This document shows, piece by piece, positions 33,485-43,390 of a DNA stretch of 64,000 nt (position 1 is its first letter; each line of letters starts with the position of its first letter). Below the pieces are notes generated by a model. The model ran no database searches and was not told where the DNA came from. It saw only the letters and a list, made by a program, of their open reading frames with translations. Made by a program: the position numbers and the translations under genes. Where the stretch lies: the NCBI GenBank assembly GCA_021733835.1, contig JAIPKD010000004.1, forward strand, positions 1,771 to 65,770. Reading direction: 5' to 3'. The DNA is from Verrucomicrobiota bacterium. GTDB taxonomy: Bacteria > Verrucomicrobiota > Verrucomicrobiia > Limisphaerales > JAIPKD01.

Positions 33485-33542
33485 GTTTACACGTCCTCTT
33501 TTGATCCCATCGGTTGATATTTCTCGAAGACTCCCTTTGAAT

Positions 33543-33773
33543 TCATTCTGAATTCTCTAATCTATCCAGATAATCCAACAGTTCCTTTTCATGTGCGTCA
33601 AATTCATCTTCGCTAATCTGGTCGGTTTCCAGCATCATGTAGAGTTCTCTTAGCTTCGTGTGGACGTCCTCAGTTTCTTGAACAGCTTCCTGTTTTACCG
33701 CATTGTGAATCTCGCGGAAGATAAAACACAGACTTTTAACGGGGAAAAGCAGTATGTCATCAATCAAAAGCAT
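33543..33773 (-). CDS. gvpG: gas vesicle protein GvpG
   Basis: MLLIDDILLFP...LRELYMMLETDQISEDEFDAHEKELLD. Confidence 0.88.
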   Translation of the reverse strand: MLLIDDILLFPVKSLCFIFREIHNAVKQEAVQETEDVHTKLRELYMMLETDQISEDEFDAHEKELLDYLDRLENSE

Positions 33774-33786
33774 AATCGTCAATCTA

Positions 33787-34575
33787 TCATTTTGGCCGCA
33801 ATTCAATATCGACGAAATTATATGGAGGCCAGGGACCGTTATAATCAAACGCAAAATTATCGTCAAAAAGTTTCGCGGCCTCGAAGACCGCCTCTTCGAA
33901 TCGGCTTTCTCCAGTCCGTTCTATTAAACATGCCAACTTCATTACCTCATTTTCATCCTTTGTCACATTCTTTTTGATTTCAAAACAAACATTGCTCAGC
34001 ACTTCAATGACCAGTTGTGTATATGTTGCCCGGTCTTTTTCAAGTAATTGTTCAAAACGTTGGCCTAGAGCAATCTTTTCGTCTCGCGTTGGTTCTCGGT
34101 CTTCGCGAAAAAGCCGATCTCTCAATTTTTCCAATTCCGGATGAACAGATACCAAGTATTGGAAAATATTCGGGACATCCCATTTTACCTTTAATCCCAT
34201 TTCAATTTTCCCATCGACGCGTTGCAACTGTTTACAAAACGTATCCTCATTTGAAACCAGAAGCTTTCGCAAAGCTTCCAAGTCTTCCGCTACGACTCCG
34301 AATGATACGGGAAGCATCGTTAATTCGTCTCTCATTAATGCCTGAAGCGTTTGGTGATGTGCAGCAAGATGACGCCTCTCCGGGCGAAATTTGGTCTCAC
34401 GCACATTACTCACCACCGCGGCAATGGACTCCTGAATTATGCAATAAACTTTACTGTCGTTTAAACCAATATCTCCATACCTGTTTGCTTCATTCTCCGG
34501 CCATGCATCATCTACCGATATTACCGCATATAAATATCTTCCACTTAGGTTTTCTGCATTCTCGCTCATACTCAT
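33787..34575 (-). CDS. gvpF: GvpF/GvpL family gas vesicle protein
   Basis: GRYLYAVI, LAAHHQ, MLPVSFG, EMGLKV.W, YNGPWPPYNFV. Confidence 0.88.
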   Translation of the reverse strand: MSMSENAENLSGRYLYAVISVDDAWPENEANRYGDIGLNDSKVYCIIQESIAAVVSNVRETKFRPERRHLAAHHQTLQALMRDELTMLPVSFGVVAEDLEALRKLLVSNEDTFCKQLQRVDGKIEMGLKVKWDVPNIFQYLVSVHPELEKLRDRLFREDREPTRDEKIALGQRFEQLLEKDRATYTQLVIEVLSNVCFEIKKNVTKDENEVMKLACLIERTGESRFEEAVFEAAKLFDDNFAFDYNGPWPPYNFVDIELRPK

Positions 34576-34711
34576 TATTATCTTTTGGGATTATTTGCAA
34601 ACCTTAGAGACTCGTTTGCTTCCAACCATGTATTTTCCAACCCGGCCACGATCAAATTTTCAATTTGTATAAATCTCCATAGATGAATAAATAATCTAAT
34701 TTATGTACTTT

Positions 34712-35041
34712 TTAATACTGAATTTTGAACCCTGATTCACATGATTCCTGTTCCTGCTGTTTACACTTTCGGCCTGAGATCAAGTTATCAGTTTTCTTAT
34801 GAGATTCCACCTCTTCCATTAATTTTCTCTGTTCTTCCTCAATTTCTGCAATCCTACTTTCAAGCTGCCATAAACGCTGCATGGCGTTTTCTTTTTCGAT
34901 CTTTTGACGATACTTTTCCATTTCCAGCCATGCAACACGCAAGAGAGCCTGGTGTGGTAATCGCACTTGTTCCGCTCTATCCGCATGAGTCTTAATCCCA
35001 TTCAAGCCACGTATTTTTCTCTTAGAACTGTTCATTTTCAC
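34712..35041 (-). CDS. gvpV: GvpV-like gas vesicle accessory protein
   Basis: Coiled coil directly after gvpN; IKTH..LEMEK..RIAEIE..KIQY recalled as resembling Serratia-type GvpV. Confidence 0.65.
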   Translation of the reverse strand: MKMNSSKRKIRGLNGIKTHADRAEQVRLPHQALLRVAWLEMEKYRQKIEKENAMQRLWQLESRIAEIEEEQRKLMEEVESHKKTDNLISGRKCKQQEQESCESGFKIQY

Positions 35042-36035
35042 TCCTTTTATCCGAAAGTACTTTCTTCAAGTGACACTTCCAGGTTTTAACTGCGATATCT
35101 TCGATCAGCTTACCTGCAATTACTTCACCATCCCGTGTAACTTTGGCCGTATCCTGGCCCAGCACATCTTTACAGATATATCTGAAATCACGATCTTCCC
35201 AGCATGGAGCTTTATCAAGCTTCTTCAATACCTTAGCTATCATTATTCCCGCGCGGATGGTAGGCTGATGATTATTAACTCCAATCTGACGCATCCCTTT
35301 TATTATATCGACGATAACCTCAGCATAATCCATGTCGATTCCCGATCGAGCTTGCGTGATCTTGATCTCTGTTTCACGATCGTAATGCCCTAAATTAATC
35401 GTAATAAGCCTGTCCTTCAGGGCGTCCTGTGTTTTATGGACGCCGGCGTATTCTTCGGGATTCGATGTAAATATCGCCCTAAAACTGGGATTCACCCTCA
35501 TGTAACCGTCCCCAATCGTCCTTAGCTTGGGCAAATTAAGAATCCCTTCCGAAAGGACAGAAAGCAGGACATTATTGGCTTCAGGGCGTGAACGACTGAA
35601 CTCGTCGTAAATGAGCGTATCTCCCCTTTCACATGCGGTGGTTAATCGATTATCCACCCAGAAGCTCCTTGTTTCCTCTTGGGTTTTTACAACCGAGTGT
35701 ATAAAATTATCCACCAATCTTGATCTCCTATGTCCCGCATTCTGTCCTATTAAATCAGAGGTCCCGAACTCCTCGTTTCCGTGAATAAGAGTAACTAAAT
35801 TCCCGAGCTTTGCCGCAACGTGAAACGCCAATGTTGTCTTTCCGGTACCTGCAGGACCCGAGAAATGCACAGGAAATCCTGACTTTAAATAAATTAGTGC
35901 GCGTTCGATTATTTCGTTTACCTGTTTTGTCAAAACAAACGCATCGCTTGGTTTCAATTCTACATTATCTCCTTCAGTCTTCACGCGCACTATCGAAGAG
36001 ACACCCGCTAAACCATTTCCGTTTCCGCTTCCCAT
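35022..36035 (-). CDS. gvpN: gas vesicle AAA+ ATPase GvpN
   Basis: GPAGTGKTT, VDNFIHSV, WVDNRL, YDEFSRSRPEANN, TSNPEEYAGVH. Confidence 0.95.
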   Translation of the reverse strand: MGSGNGNGLAGVSSIVRVKTEGDNVELKPSDAFVLTKQVNEIIERALIYLKSGFPVHFSGPAGTGKTTLAFHVAAKLGNLVTLIHGNEEFGTSDLIGQNAGHRRSRLVDNFIHSVVKTQEETRSFWVDNRLTTACERGDTLIYDEFSRSRPEANNVLLSVLSEGILNLPKLRTIGDGYMRVNPSFRAIFTSNPEEYAGVHKTQDALKDRLITINLGHYDRETEIKITQARSGIDMDYAEVIVDIIKGMRQIGVNNHQPTIRAGIMIAKVLKKLDKAPCWEDRDFRYICKDVLGQDTAKVTRDGEVIAGKLIEDIAVKTWKCHLKKVLSDKRSENEQF

Positions 36036-36128
36036 TTTGTTCTAAGCTCCTTATTGTATTCGAATTTACTGTTCGGTCTTCTCTCTCGTGCCTTATCGGC
36101 CGGGATGTACTAGTCTTCCAGTAAGCGA

Positions 36129-37037
36129 CTATTGTTTCACCAGTTTCTTGGCGTATCCAATCCATTTACTTACATTCTCCTCGGAGGCTACGCTCATATC
36201 CGAAAGTTTTTCGCATAGTTCAGCGGTATTGGAAGTCGCTAACTGATTGTAAGTATAAATGCCGGCATCCTCATTGAGACGCTCCTGTGTTTTTGCCCCT
36301 ATACCCTTTATAACGGTCAGATCATCCTGAAGAGTTTCCGCTTTCTCTTTTTTGGGTTTCACTCGTTCCGGAGTCTTCTTTTTTGTTGGTGTCCGCCTTC
36401 CCACGGCTGTATCTACAACACCCAAGAAAGCTGAACGCGCTGATTTCAAGTCCGATGCCACTTCTCCACAGATTTCTTCGACGCTCTTCGCAATGTTAGA
36501 TATAAAGTCCGCCCGCTCTTTGGCTGCAGCTTCGCCCATTTCTTCTCTTGCATCGCGATATCCGTCGCATAAGTCCGTTACATAGGATTGTAGCTCAGAC
36601 ATGAATCCTTGAAGCTCGTTTCTTGTCTGTTCAGCCGTCTGCATATGATTGTCTCGAATCTGTTGCTGTAAGCGCCTGGTTTGAGTCGTTAATTCCTTAA
36701 CCTTCTCATCCAGCCCCTTTATAAAAGCAGATCGTTCCGATCTCCCGGATTCAGCGGCTTCAACAAGCTCATCCCTGAATCTATGGCACATATCCTTTGC
36801 TTCGGATTGAATCCGCCCGACTTGCCGGCGTAATCCGCGAATAAATTCCTCCCTATTTTTCTCTAAATATTCCCTTGTCTCCGCCCTACCCTTATTTGCT
36901 GATTCTACGATAAATCTTGCATTTTCCTTGATTTGCTCGACATCATCGGCAAGCCTTACTCTTAATTCCGTCCTGTTTTCATGGAGTCCGCGAATCTCTT
37001 CCGACAACCGCAACATATCTTGTGCTAGAGTACCCAT
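36129..37037 (-). CDS. gvpC: GvpC-like repeat protein with C-terminal helix-hairpin-helix domain
   Basis: Between gvpA and gvpN; amphipathic repeats REEFIRGL/RSAFIKGL/LQGFMSEL/RADFISNI; C-terminal DDLTVIKGIG. Confidence 0.7.
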   Translation of the reverse strand: MGTLAQDMLRLSEEIRGLHENRTELRVRLADDVEQIKENARFIVESANKGRAETREYLEKNREEFIRGLRRQVGRIQSEAKDMCHRFRDELVEAAESGRSERSAFIKGLDEKVKELTTQTRRLQQQIRDNHMQTAEQTRNELQGFMSELQSYVTDLCDGYRDAREEMGEAAAKERADFISNIAKSVEEICGEVASDLKSARSAFLGVVDTAVGRRTPTKKKTPERVKPKKEKAETLQDDLTVIKGIGAKTQERLNEDAGIYTYNQLATSNTAELCEKLSDMSVASEENVSKWIGYAKKLVKQ

Positions 37038-37162
37038 TCCAACACCTTTCTCTTAAATTTTACATTTTATTGGAGGGCGTCCGTCAGACGGACTCACTCA
37101 ACGCTTATCCGCCTGACTTGACGCACTTCCTACAGACCACTTACTTCATACTGCACCACGAT

Positions 37163-37381
37163 TTATGCAGGTTGCGCCGCAGTGGCTGTCAACCCAACGG
37201 CTTCCGCATACTTAAGATACGTCTCGACGGAAGCGATTACGACACGGGCCTCCACAGAAAGCAATTCGATGCCTACTAATGAGACTTTAGCCCACGCATC
37301 AATGACAATACCCTTGTCAAGAATTCGGTCAACAACTTCTGCCAAGCTAGCGCTACTTGTTGTTTTTTGTACTTCAGCCAT
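37163..37381 (-). CDS. gvpA: major gas vesicle structural protein
   Basis: [53 protein letters not shown]. Confidence 0.97.
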   Translation of the reverse strand: MAEVQKTTSSASLAEVVDRILDKGIVIDAWAKVSLVGIELLSVEARVVIASVETYLKYAEAVGLTATAAQPA

Positions 37382-37468
37382 AATTAATCTTTTTTTATTT
37401 AGTTCCTGTTTACTTACGTTTCAGTGGTTATGAACCAATGTACTATAACCACCCGACACGGAACTTTG

Positions 37469-37484
37469 AGCAATAAGGATGCCA
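37469..37484 (-). promoter_or_regulatory. sigma54 -24/-12 promoter of gvpA operon
   Basis: Minus strand TGGCATCCTTATTGCT, matching TGGCAY-N5-TTGCW. Confidence 0.8.
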
Positions 37485-37590
37485 CATCTTACCAACTGCA
37501 GGACTTATTGGTGTAAGTCGCTCTTTATCACAATGTTATGCTGATTATATATTTGTCCTGTAACCCTAATTATTGCTGATTATCCATTTA

Positions 37591-37632
37591 ACACTATGGA
37601 ATTCATTCCATACACTATGGAATTCATTCCAT
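37591..37632. promoter_or_regulatory. tandem 21-bp palindromic repeat, putative enhancer (UAS)
   Basis: ACACTATGGAATTCATTCCAT x2, each containing ATGGAAT-TC-ATTCCAT, 107-148 bp upstream of the -24 element. Confidence 0.65.
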
Positions 37633-37759
37633 AATTCCACATCACTTCACCTATTATTTGTCGGCAGCTCAATCATTGTGAGAATTACATGATGATTAAT
37701 CACTAGTCGGGCGTGAAGGCCCAAGGGTTCACGGATAATCCGGTTTTAACCAACAGGTC

Positions 37760-39910
37760 TTATGTATTCGAATCGTGTCTTTGGAGGTATTTATTATCCC
37801 CGACTGCTTTAATCGCCCTTTCAATGTGGCGCGGTTCTATTTGCAGCCTTTTCGGACCTCTGTCTTTAATGTTCACGATCAATTCACGGATCGCGTCTAT
37901 TGCGGATTCGTTACAGACTGCATGTATTTCGGCGCCGGAAAAACCTTCGGTGCTTTCAGCCAGACTGAGGATATCCACATCTTCGCAAATGGGCTTTGGT
38001 TTCAGCCAAATCTCGAATATTCTCCTTCGACTTTCGATATCCGGCAAAGGAATCTCCAACACCATATCGAAACGCCCTGGTCGTAAAAGAGCTGTATCAA
38101 GCAAATCGGGACGGTTCGTAGCGCCGAGCACAAAAACTCCTTCCAACAACTCGATACCATCCAGCTCGGTCAAAAACTGACTGATGACACGTTCAATCAC
38201 CCTAGAGTCCGAACCGCCGCATCCACGACCGGGCACCAAGGCATCGATCTCATCAAAAAAAACAATACATGGAGCAGCCTGTTTGGCTTTTCTGAATAGA
38301 TCTCTGACCGCTTTTTCAGATTCGCCGACGTACTTGGATAGCAAAGACGGGCCTTTAACGGAGATAAAGTTCACTTCGGTTTTCTTAGCCAGCGCCTTCG
38401 CCAGCAGCGTTTTGCCACATCCGGGTGGACCCGACAGTAAAATACCTTTTGGTGGTGTTACGGCCGCTTCTTTAAAAAGTGCGGGGAATTCTATCGGCCA
38501 CTCGACACATTCCAAAAGCCGTTGTTTGATCTCACTCAGGCCACCCACCTGCGTCCAATCCACCTCCGGCACTTCAGTGAATACTTCACGAATGGCCGAG
38601 GGTTCGACTTCCCTTAACGCCTCAACAAAGTCGGCCATATGAACCCGTAGATGTGAAAGCGTTTCGTAAGGTATCTCTGCAAGTTCAAAATTGATATCCG
38701 TCATGATATGCCTCAGACAGATCATGGCGGCTTCTCTACATAATGCCTCAAGGTCCGCTCCGACGAATCCATGGGTTATGGATGCCACACGTTCAATGTC
38801 AACGTCATCATCGAGCGGCATGCCGCGTGTGTGTCTCACCAATATTTCTTTTCTGCTTTCCCTGTCGGGAATTGGAATGACAATTTCACGATCGAAACGC
38901 CCCGGTCGTCGAAGGGCCGGATCGATTGCATTGGGAATATTCGTCGCTGCAATTACAATCACCTGCTGGCGTTTGGCCAATCCGTCCATAAGCGCCAGCA
39001 GCTGGGCCACGACGCGTTTTTCCACATCACCTACTACCTTTTCGCGATGCGGAGCAATTGCATCGATTTCATCAATAAAAATAATACTGGGTGCCTTTTC
39101 GGCCGCCTTCTTGAAGAAACTTCGCAGGTGAGCCTCACTCTCGCCATAAAACTTGTGTATTACCTCGGGGCCGTTGATAGAGAAAAAAGTGGCCTCTGTC
39201 TCATGCGCTACGGCCCTGGCAAGCAACGTCTTACCACATCCGGGCGGCCCTATCATTAAAACGCCTTTTGGTGGGTCAATGCCCAAACGTTCGAAAACTC
39301 GCGGATAACAAAGCGGCAGTTCGATTATTTCACGAATCCTTAGAATCTCACGCCCCAACCCCCCGATATCCTCATAACAAACGGTTTGCTTGGTCTCCGC
39401 CTCACCTACCTTGCCTATGCGAAGTTTAGTGGTGGGATTAATTACCGCCGGACATTTATTACCGACCTCGACTACTTTAAAATCCGCCGAGCGGGTACCG
39501 AATAACGTCACGCGAACACGGTCTCCGACCATAACCGGTAATCCGTCCAATAGACCGCCGATATATTTTAAGTCTCGCTCAGAAGGACTGATAGTAATCG
39601 GGGAAAGCACTACCAGACTTGCGGGATTCGCTTCCGCCTTACGTACCTGAACATGCTGATCGAGTGCCGTACCGGCATTGTCCCGTGAGATTCCATCTAT
39701 TTGCAAACAAGACCGACCGCGCACCTCTTTATATGCCGGCATGGCCTTGCAGACGGTTTTCCTTTTGCCCAAGACCTCGATGATATCGCCTATATTCACG
39801 CCCAGGGCTTCTATATCGGAAGGGTCCAGTCGCGCAAACGCTCTTCCAACGTCCTTACCGAGGGCTTCGGAAACCTTGAGTTTGAGCACCTTTTCTTCCG
39901 TAGCGATCAT
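37760..39910 (-). CDS. CDC48/VAT-family AAA+ ATPase (GvpZ-like)
   Basis: CDC48 N-domain and two AAA modules (GPPGCGKT twice, RPGRFD twice). Confidence 0.92.
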   Translation of the reverse strand: MIATEEKVLKLKVSEALGKDVGRAFARLDPSDIEALGVNIGDIIEVLGKRKTVCKAMPAYKEVRGRSCLQIDGISRDNAGTALDQHVQVRKAEANPASLVVLSPITISPSERDLKYIGGLLDGLPVMVGDRVRVTLFGTRSADFKVVEVGNKCPAVINPTTKLRIGKVGEAETKQTVCYEDIGGLGREILRIREIIELPLCYPRVFERLGIDPPKGVLMIGPPGCGKTLLARAVAHETEATFFSINGPEVIHKFYGESEAHLRSFFKKAAEKAPSIIFIDEIDAIAPHREKVVGDVEKRVVAQLLALMDGLAKRQQVIVIAATNIPNAIDPALRRPGRFDREIVIPIPDRESRKEILVRHTRGMPLDDDVDIERVASITHGFVGADLEALCREAAMICLRHIMTDINFELAEIPYETLSHLRVHMADFVEALREVEPSAIREVFTEVPEVDWTQVGGLSEIKQRLLECVEWPIEFPALFKEAAVTPPKGILLSGPPGCGKTLLAKALAKKTEVNFISVKGPSLLSKYVGESEKAVRDLFRKAKQAAPCIVFFDEIDALVPGRGCGGSDSRVIERVISQFLTELDGIELLEGVFVLGATNRPDLLDTALLRPGRFDMVLEIPLPDIESRRRIFEIWLKPKPICEDVDILSLAESTEGFSGAEIHAVCNESAIDAIRELIVNIKDRGPKRLQIEPRHIERAIKAVGDNKYLQRHDSNT

Positions 39911-39921
39911 TTCATCCGATG

Positions 39922-40449
39922 TTATTTACTCAACTTCACTTCCATAATCCCATTACGGCATGAATAAGTCATCTGATCCATTGAGAAACTTGCTGGAAGC
40001 AACACTTCTTTCCGATATTTCTTCTGACCTTTCGCCGCGGACAATGTCAAAATGTCGCCATGCAGTTTCAAATCAACATCTTGTTCACCTATCCCCGGCA
40101 TCTCGGCAACGACCAACACGTATTTACCTTCATCAAACACGTCAACCAAAGGTTCGGTTATTTCACTGACGACCGTTTCCCCGGTGTTTTCGTCTTCATG
40201 CACATTACCGAAAGGTTCTATATTGACATCTTGCTTTCCAAGGCCGGTTTTCACGCGAAAACCATACACACCTCGCACTTTACCTTGTGACCCTTGAAAT
40301 TCGCCGGTTTTTTTCAATTCCTCTCCTTTTTCTGCGAGATCTCCGAGCTTCTCGAGCAAATTACTCAGCCCGTCCAGAAATCCCTTGGCTCCGGAGGGTG
40401 TTTCTTTCCGGCTGTCTTTCTCTTTATTCTCTTCACTATCATCATTCAT
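39922..40449 (-). CDS. Hsp20-family protein (GvpH-like)
   Basis: GVYGFRVKTGLG, EPLVDVFDE, AEMPGI, NGIMEV. Confidence 0.85.
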   Translation of the reverse strand: MNDDSEENKEKDSRKETPSGAKGFLDGLSNLLEKLGDLAEKGEELKKTGEFQGSQGKVRGVYGFRVKTGLGKQDVNIEPFGNVHEDENTGETVVSEITEPLVDVFDEGKYVLVVAEMPGIGEQDVDLKLHGDILTLSAAKGQKKYRKEVLLPASFSMDQMTYSCRNGIMEVKLSK

Positions 40450-41884
40450 TTGTATTCCTCCCGTTTTTTATTTGCTCAATTGAAATTATGTATCTTTTGA
40501 CCTTTGAATGAACTGTTTTGTAATCGGTCTCCAATATCCTTGCTGCTTCAGCCATGTTCCCACGTGTTTTTTTTAATGCATGTACAAGAGCCTTCTTCTC
40601 AATCTGTTCAATCGCGCCCTTTTTTAACTCGCTAAGCGAGTTCTCTCCGATAACCCGAATTCCAAAACTCGCGTCCAATGTCTTTACAGGTTCGGATTCA
40701 CGTGAAATATCCAAGTCATTTTCTTCGATGACATTGTTATCACATCTTAAAACCGCTCGGCGTATAACATTACGTAATTCACGAATATTGCCCGGCCACT
40801 CATGTGACATTAAGATTTCCTGTGCCTTATCGGATATCCCCTTTATATCTTTATTTAGTTCAAATCTACATTGATCTGTAAACCTTTTTGCAAGGAACCT
40901 AATGTCCTCACGGCGTTGCCGCAAGGGGGGCACGTCTATCTCAAATTCGCTCAGCCGATAGTATAAATCGCGTCGAAATTCCCTGTTTCTTACCATTGCA
41001 GATAGACTGCGATTGGTGGCGACAATAATCCGAATATCCACACTTATCGGCTTGTTGCCTCCTACTCTGACAACAGTTTTTTCTTGAAGCGTTCGGAGGA
41101 GTTTAGGCTGCACCTCTGAAGGTAGATTCGATATCTCGTCAAGAAAAAGCGTTCCATCCGAGGCGGCCTCAAATTTACCGGGATGCCGAGAAGTAGCCCC
41201 CGTAAACGCGCCTTTCTCGTGACCGAACAATTCGCTTTCAAGGAGTGTCGGCGCAATTGATCCACAGTCTACCGGAATGAATAAACCATTCTTCCGCTGG
41301 CTCCTCTCATGAATCGCACGAGCCACAACTTCTTTACCCGTACCGGTCTCACCGCTAATGATGACTGTGTAATCCGTCGGCGCCACAAGTTCCACTTGTG
41401 AGGTAATCTCGCGCATCGTCAAGCTAATGCCCAGATGCTCCCATGGCTTACATTGGTCTTCTGCAGAATGATAAACATCATCACATTGCGGCTTTCCTTT
41501 CCGGACAGCCCTGTTTATCACATCTCGTAGTTTTTCGCTATCAAACGGCTTACATAAGAAGTCAAAAGCCCCTAGTTTCATCGATTCAACAGCCGTCTCA
41601 ATAGTCCCAAATCCGGAAATGACAATTACCGGTATATCGGAATCGATTTTTTTAACCTCCTTGAGAACTTCCATCCCCCCAATATCGGGCATTATCAAAT
41701 CGAGAAAAATGAAATCTATGGTTTCAGCGTCACGCAATGTCATCAAGGCCTGTTCTCCACTACAGGCCTCAATTGATGCCATTCCAACGTTTTCTACGAA
41801 AGCACATAGAGTCTTCCTTACGCTATCATCATCGTCCACGATCAGCACTCGGGCGGGAGACATACTGTCAGCGGTTGAACGCAT
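40442..41884 (-). CDS. sigma54-dependent response regulator (NtrC family, GvrA-like)
   Basis: REC domain, GETGTGKE, FGHEKGAFTGA, WPGNIREL, Fis-type HTH. Confidence 0.93.
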   Translation of the reverse strand: MRSTADSMSPARVLIVDDDDSVRKTLCAFVENVGMASIEACSGEQALMTLRDAETIDFIFLDLIMPDIGGMEVLKEVKKIDSDIPVIVISGFGTIETAVESMKLGAFDFLCKPFDSEKLRDVINRAVRKGKPQCDDVYHSAEDQCKPWEHLGISLTMREITSQVELVAPTDYTVIISGETGTGKEVVARAIHERSQRKNGLFIPVDCGSIAPTLLESELFGHEKGAFTGATSRHPGKFEAASDGTLFLDEISNLPSEVQPKLLRTLQEKTVVRVGGNKPISVDIRIIVATNRSLSAMVRNREFRRDLYYRLSEFEIDVPPLRQRREDIRFLAKRFTDQCRFELNKDIKGISDKAQEILMSHEWPGNIRELRNVIRRAVLRCDNNVIEENDLDISRESEPVKTLDASFGIRVIGENSLSELKKGAIEQIEKKALVHALKKTRGNMAEAARILETDYKTVHSKVKRYIISIEQIKNGRNTNE

Positions 41885-42106
41885 AACCAACAATCATCGT
41901 CATAACTTATAGCCTTATAATTTGAAGTAAATGGTACATAAGGGCAAGAATACGCCTTCTTTTCACATTACCCGTTCAATAATATTTAATCTATCGGAGA
42001 ATCGATCCGAAGTCAAATGAATAGATGCAACGAAGCTGCATTGTATTGATAGGGAACAGTAATCTTAACGTTGATTGACAAATTATCCTCGCCGCCCCAC
42101 TTAACA

Positions 42107-42535
42107 TCATCCATACCGGTATGGTGGGGTCATGTGGAAGGCGCCCGGCAGGTGTCGGATTTCTAACACTTCGCCGGCTTCCACTACGACTTCGACTATA
42201 TCGAATCGCAACGGAACTCTCGGATGTCCGATCATTCGCAGGTAATCAAACGCGACCTTTGTTATACGTCTGCGCTTCTGTGCGTTCACCGCGGCGGACG
42301 GCCTGGACCACGAATCCGGCGCCCGGGTTTTTACCTCGACCAATACCAATGCAGGCCCATCTCTGAAAACCAAGTCGATTTCACCGCGCTTACTTCGGAA
42401 GTTGGCGGTCAGAAATTTCATGCCGCGCCGCCGCAAGTATGTCTTCGCCGCCGATTCGCCCAGGCATCCAACCTCCAAGTGCGGCGCGGCCGGCTTCTGT
42501 TCGAAGAATGTTTTTATGAGTCCGACGATTGACAT
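42107..42535 (-). CDS. YraN/UPF0102 family protein
   Basis: GESAA..YL, GEIDLV, VEVKTR, RFDIV; follows rnhB. Confidence 0.9.
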   Translation of the reverse strand: MSIVGLIKTFFEQKPAAPHLEVGCLGESAAKTYLRRRGMKFLTANFRSKRGEIDLVFRDGPALVLVEVKTRAPDSWSRPSAAVNAQKRRRITKVAFDYLRMIGHPRVPLRFDIVEVVVEAGEVLEIRHLPGAFHMTPPYRYG

Positions 42536-42536
42536 A

Positions 42537-43199
42537 TCACTCCGGCAGTGGGATATCCATCTGGTCGTTTTGCCTTCCACGAAGAAAGGTCATTCGATGG
42601 ATCGGGCATGGTCCGTTGTTCTTGATAGCTTCAAGATGACGCTTGGTTCCATAACCCTTGTGCGCCGCAAAACCGTATTCCGGATATAAGCCGTCGTACT
42701 CCTCCATAAGCATATCACGTGTCACCTTTGCAATCACGCTTGCCGCCGCAATCGAATAACTCCTCGAGTCCCCGCGCACCAGTGTCGTTATATCGAATTC
42801 AGGGATAACGATCGGGCTGCCGTCGACTAATACCTTTTCCGGCGCAGCCGACAGACTTATCAACGCATCACGCATCGCGTTTAACGTGGCGCGCAGGATA
42901 TTAATACTGTCGATCACTAAAGGCTCCGCCATACCGACTGCGTATTTCACCTGCGGGTGTGACGTCAACCATTCATAAAACCTGCGGCGTTGTGGATCAC
43001 TCAGTTTTTTCGAATCATTCAACCCGGCGGCATGTTCCGGCATACCGTTTTTTATCCAGGCATCGGGAAGAATCACCGCCGCCGCGACAACAGGCCCCGC
43101 CAGTGGCCCGCGGCCTGCCTCGTCAACGCCCGCCACAAGCTTAACTCCACGTTTCAACATCGAACGCTCAATTCGAAAGAGGTTCGTTCCAAGTTTCAT
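42537..43199 (-). CDS. rnhB: ribonuclease HII
   Basis: GVDEAGRGPLAGPV, DSKKL, AAASVIAKVTRD, HKGYGT. Confidence 0.97.
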   Translation of the reverse strand: MKLGTNLFRIERSMLKRGVKLVAGVDEAGRGPLAGPVVAAAVILPDAWIKNGMPEHAAGLNDSKKLSDPQRRRFYEWLTSHPQVKYAVGMAEPLVIDSINILRATLNAMRDALISLSAAPEKVLVDGSPIVIPEFDITTLVRGDSRSYSIAAASVIAKVTRDMLMEEYDGLYPEYGFAAHKGYGTKRHLEAIKNNGPCPIHRMTFLRGRQNDQMDIPLPE

Positions 43200-43307
43200 A
43201 TCTCGAGGAATCCAAGGATATTTTTTCTATCGAGAAAACTCAACGGGAAAGGGATAATTGTTATGATGCCCCGCGCGGGCGACGCCCTTTATAATCGAAT
43301 AAAGCCG

Positions 43308-43355
43308 TGGCATTCGCAGCCGCTGCGGCTGATCCTGCGGACACAGCCGCGCTCC
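43308..43355. repeat. REP-like element, family A
   Basis: TGGCATTCGCAGCCGCTGCGGCTGATCCTGCGGACACAGCCGCGCTCC, nearly identical to 1964-2011. Confidence 0.8.
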
Positions 43356-43390
43356 GGTCGGTTAATTGCGACTGTACCGAAGGGGGGATG

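Noticed and set aside
29705-42020. TCAAATGA direct repeat near both edges of the gas vesicle island (29705-29712 and 42013-42020)
   Set aside because: An 8-bp AT-rich match is expected by chance, and no integrase or transposase is present.
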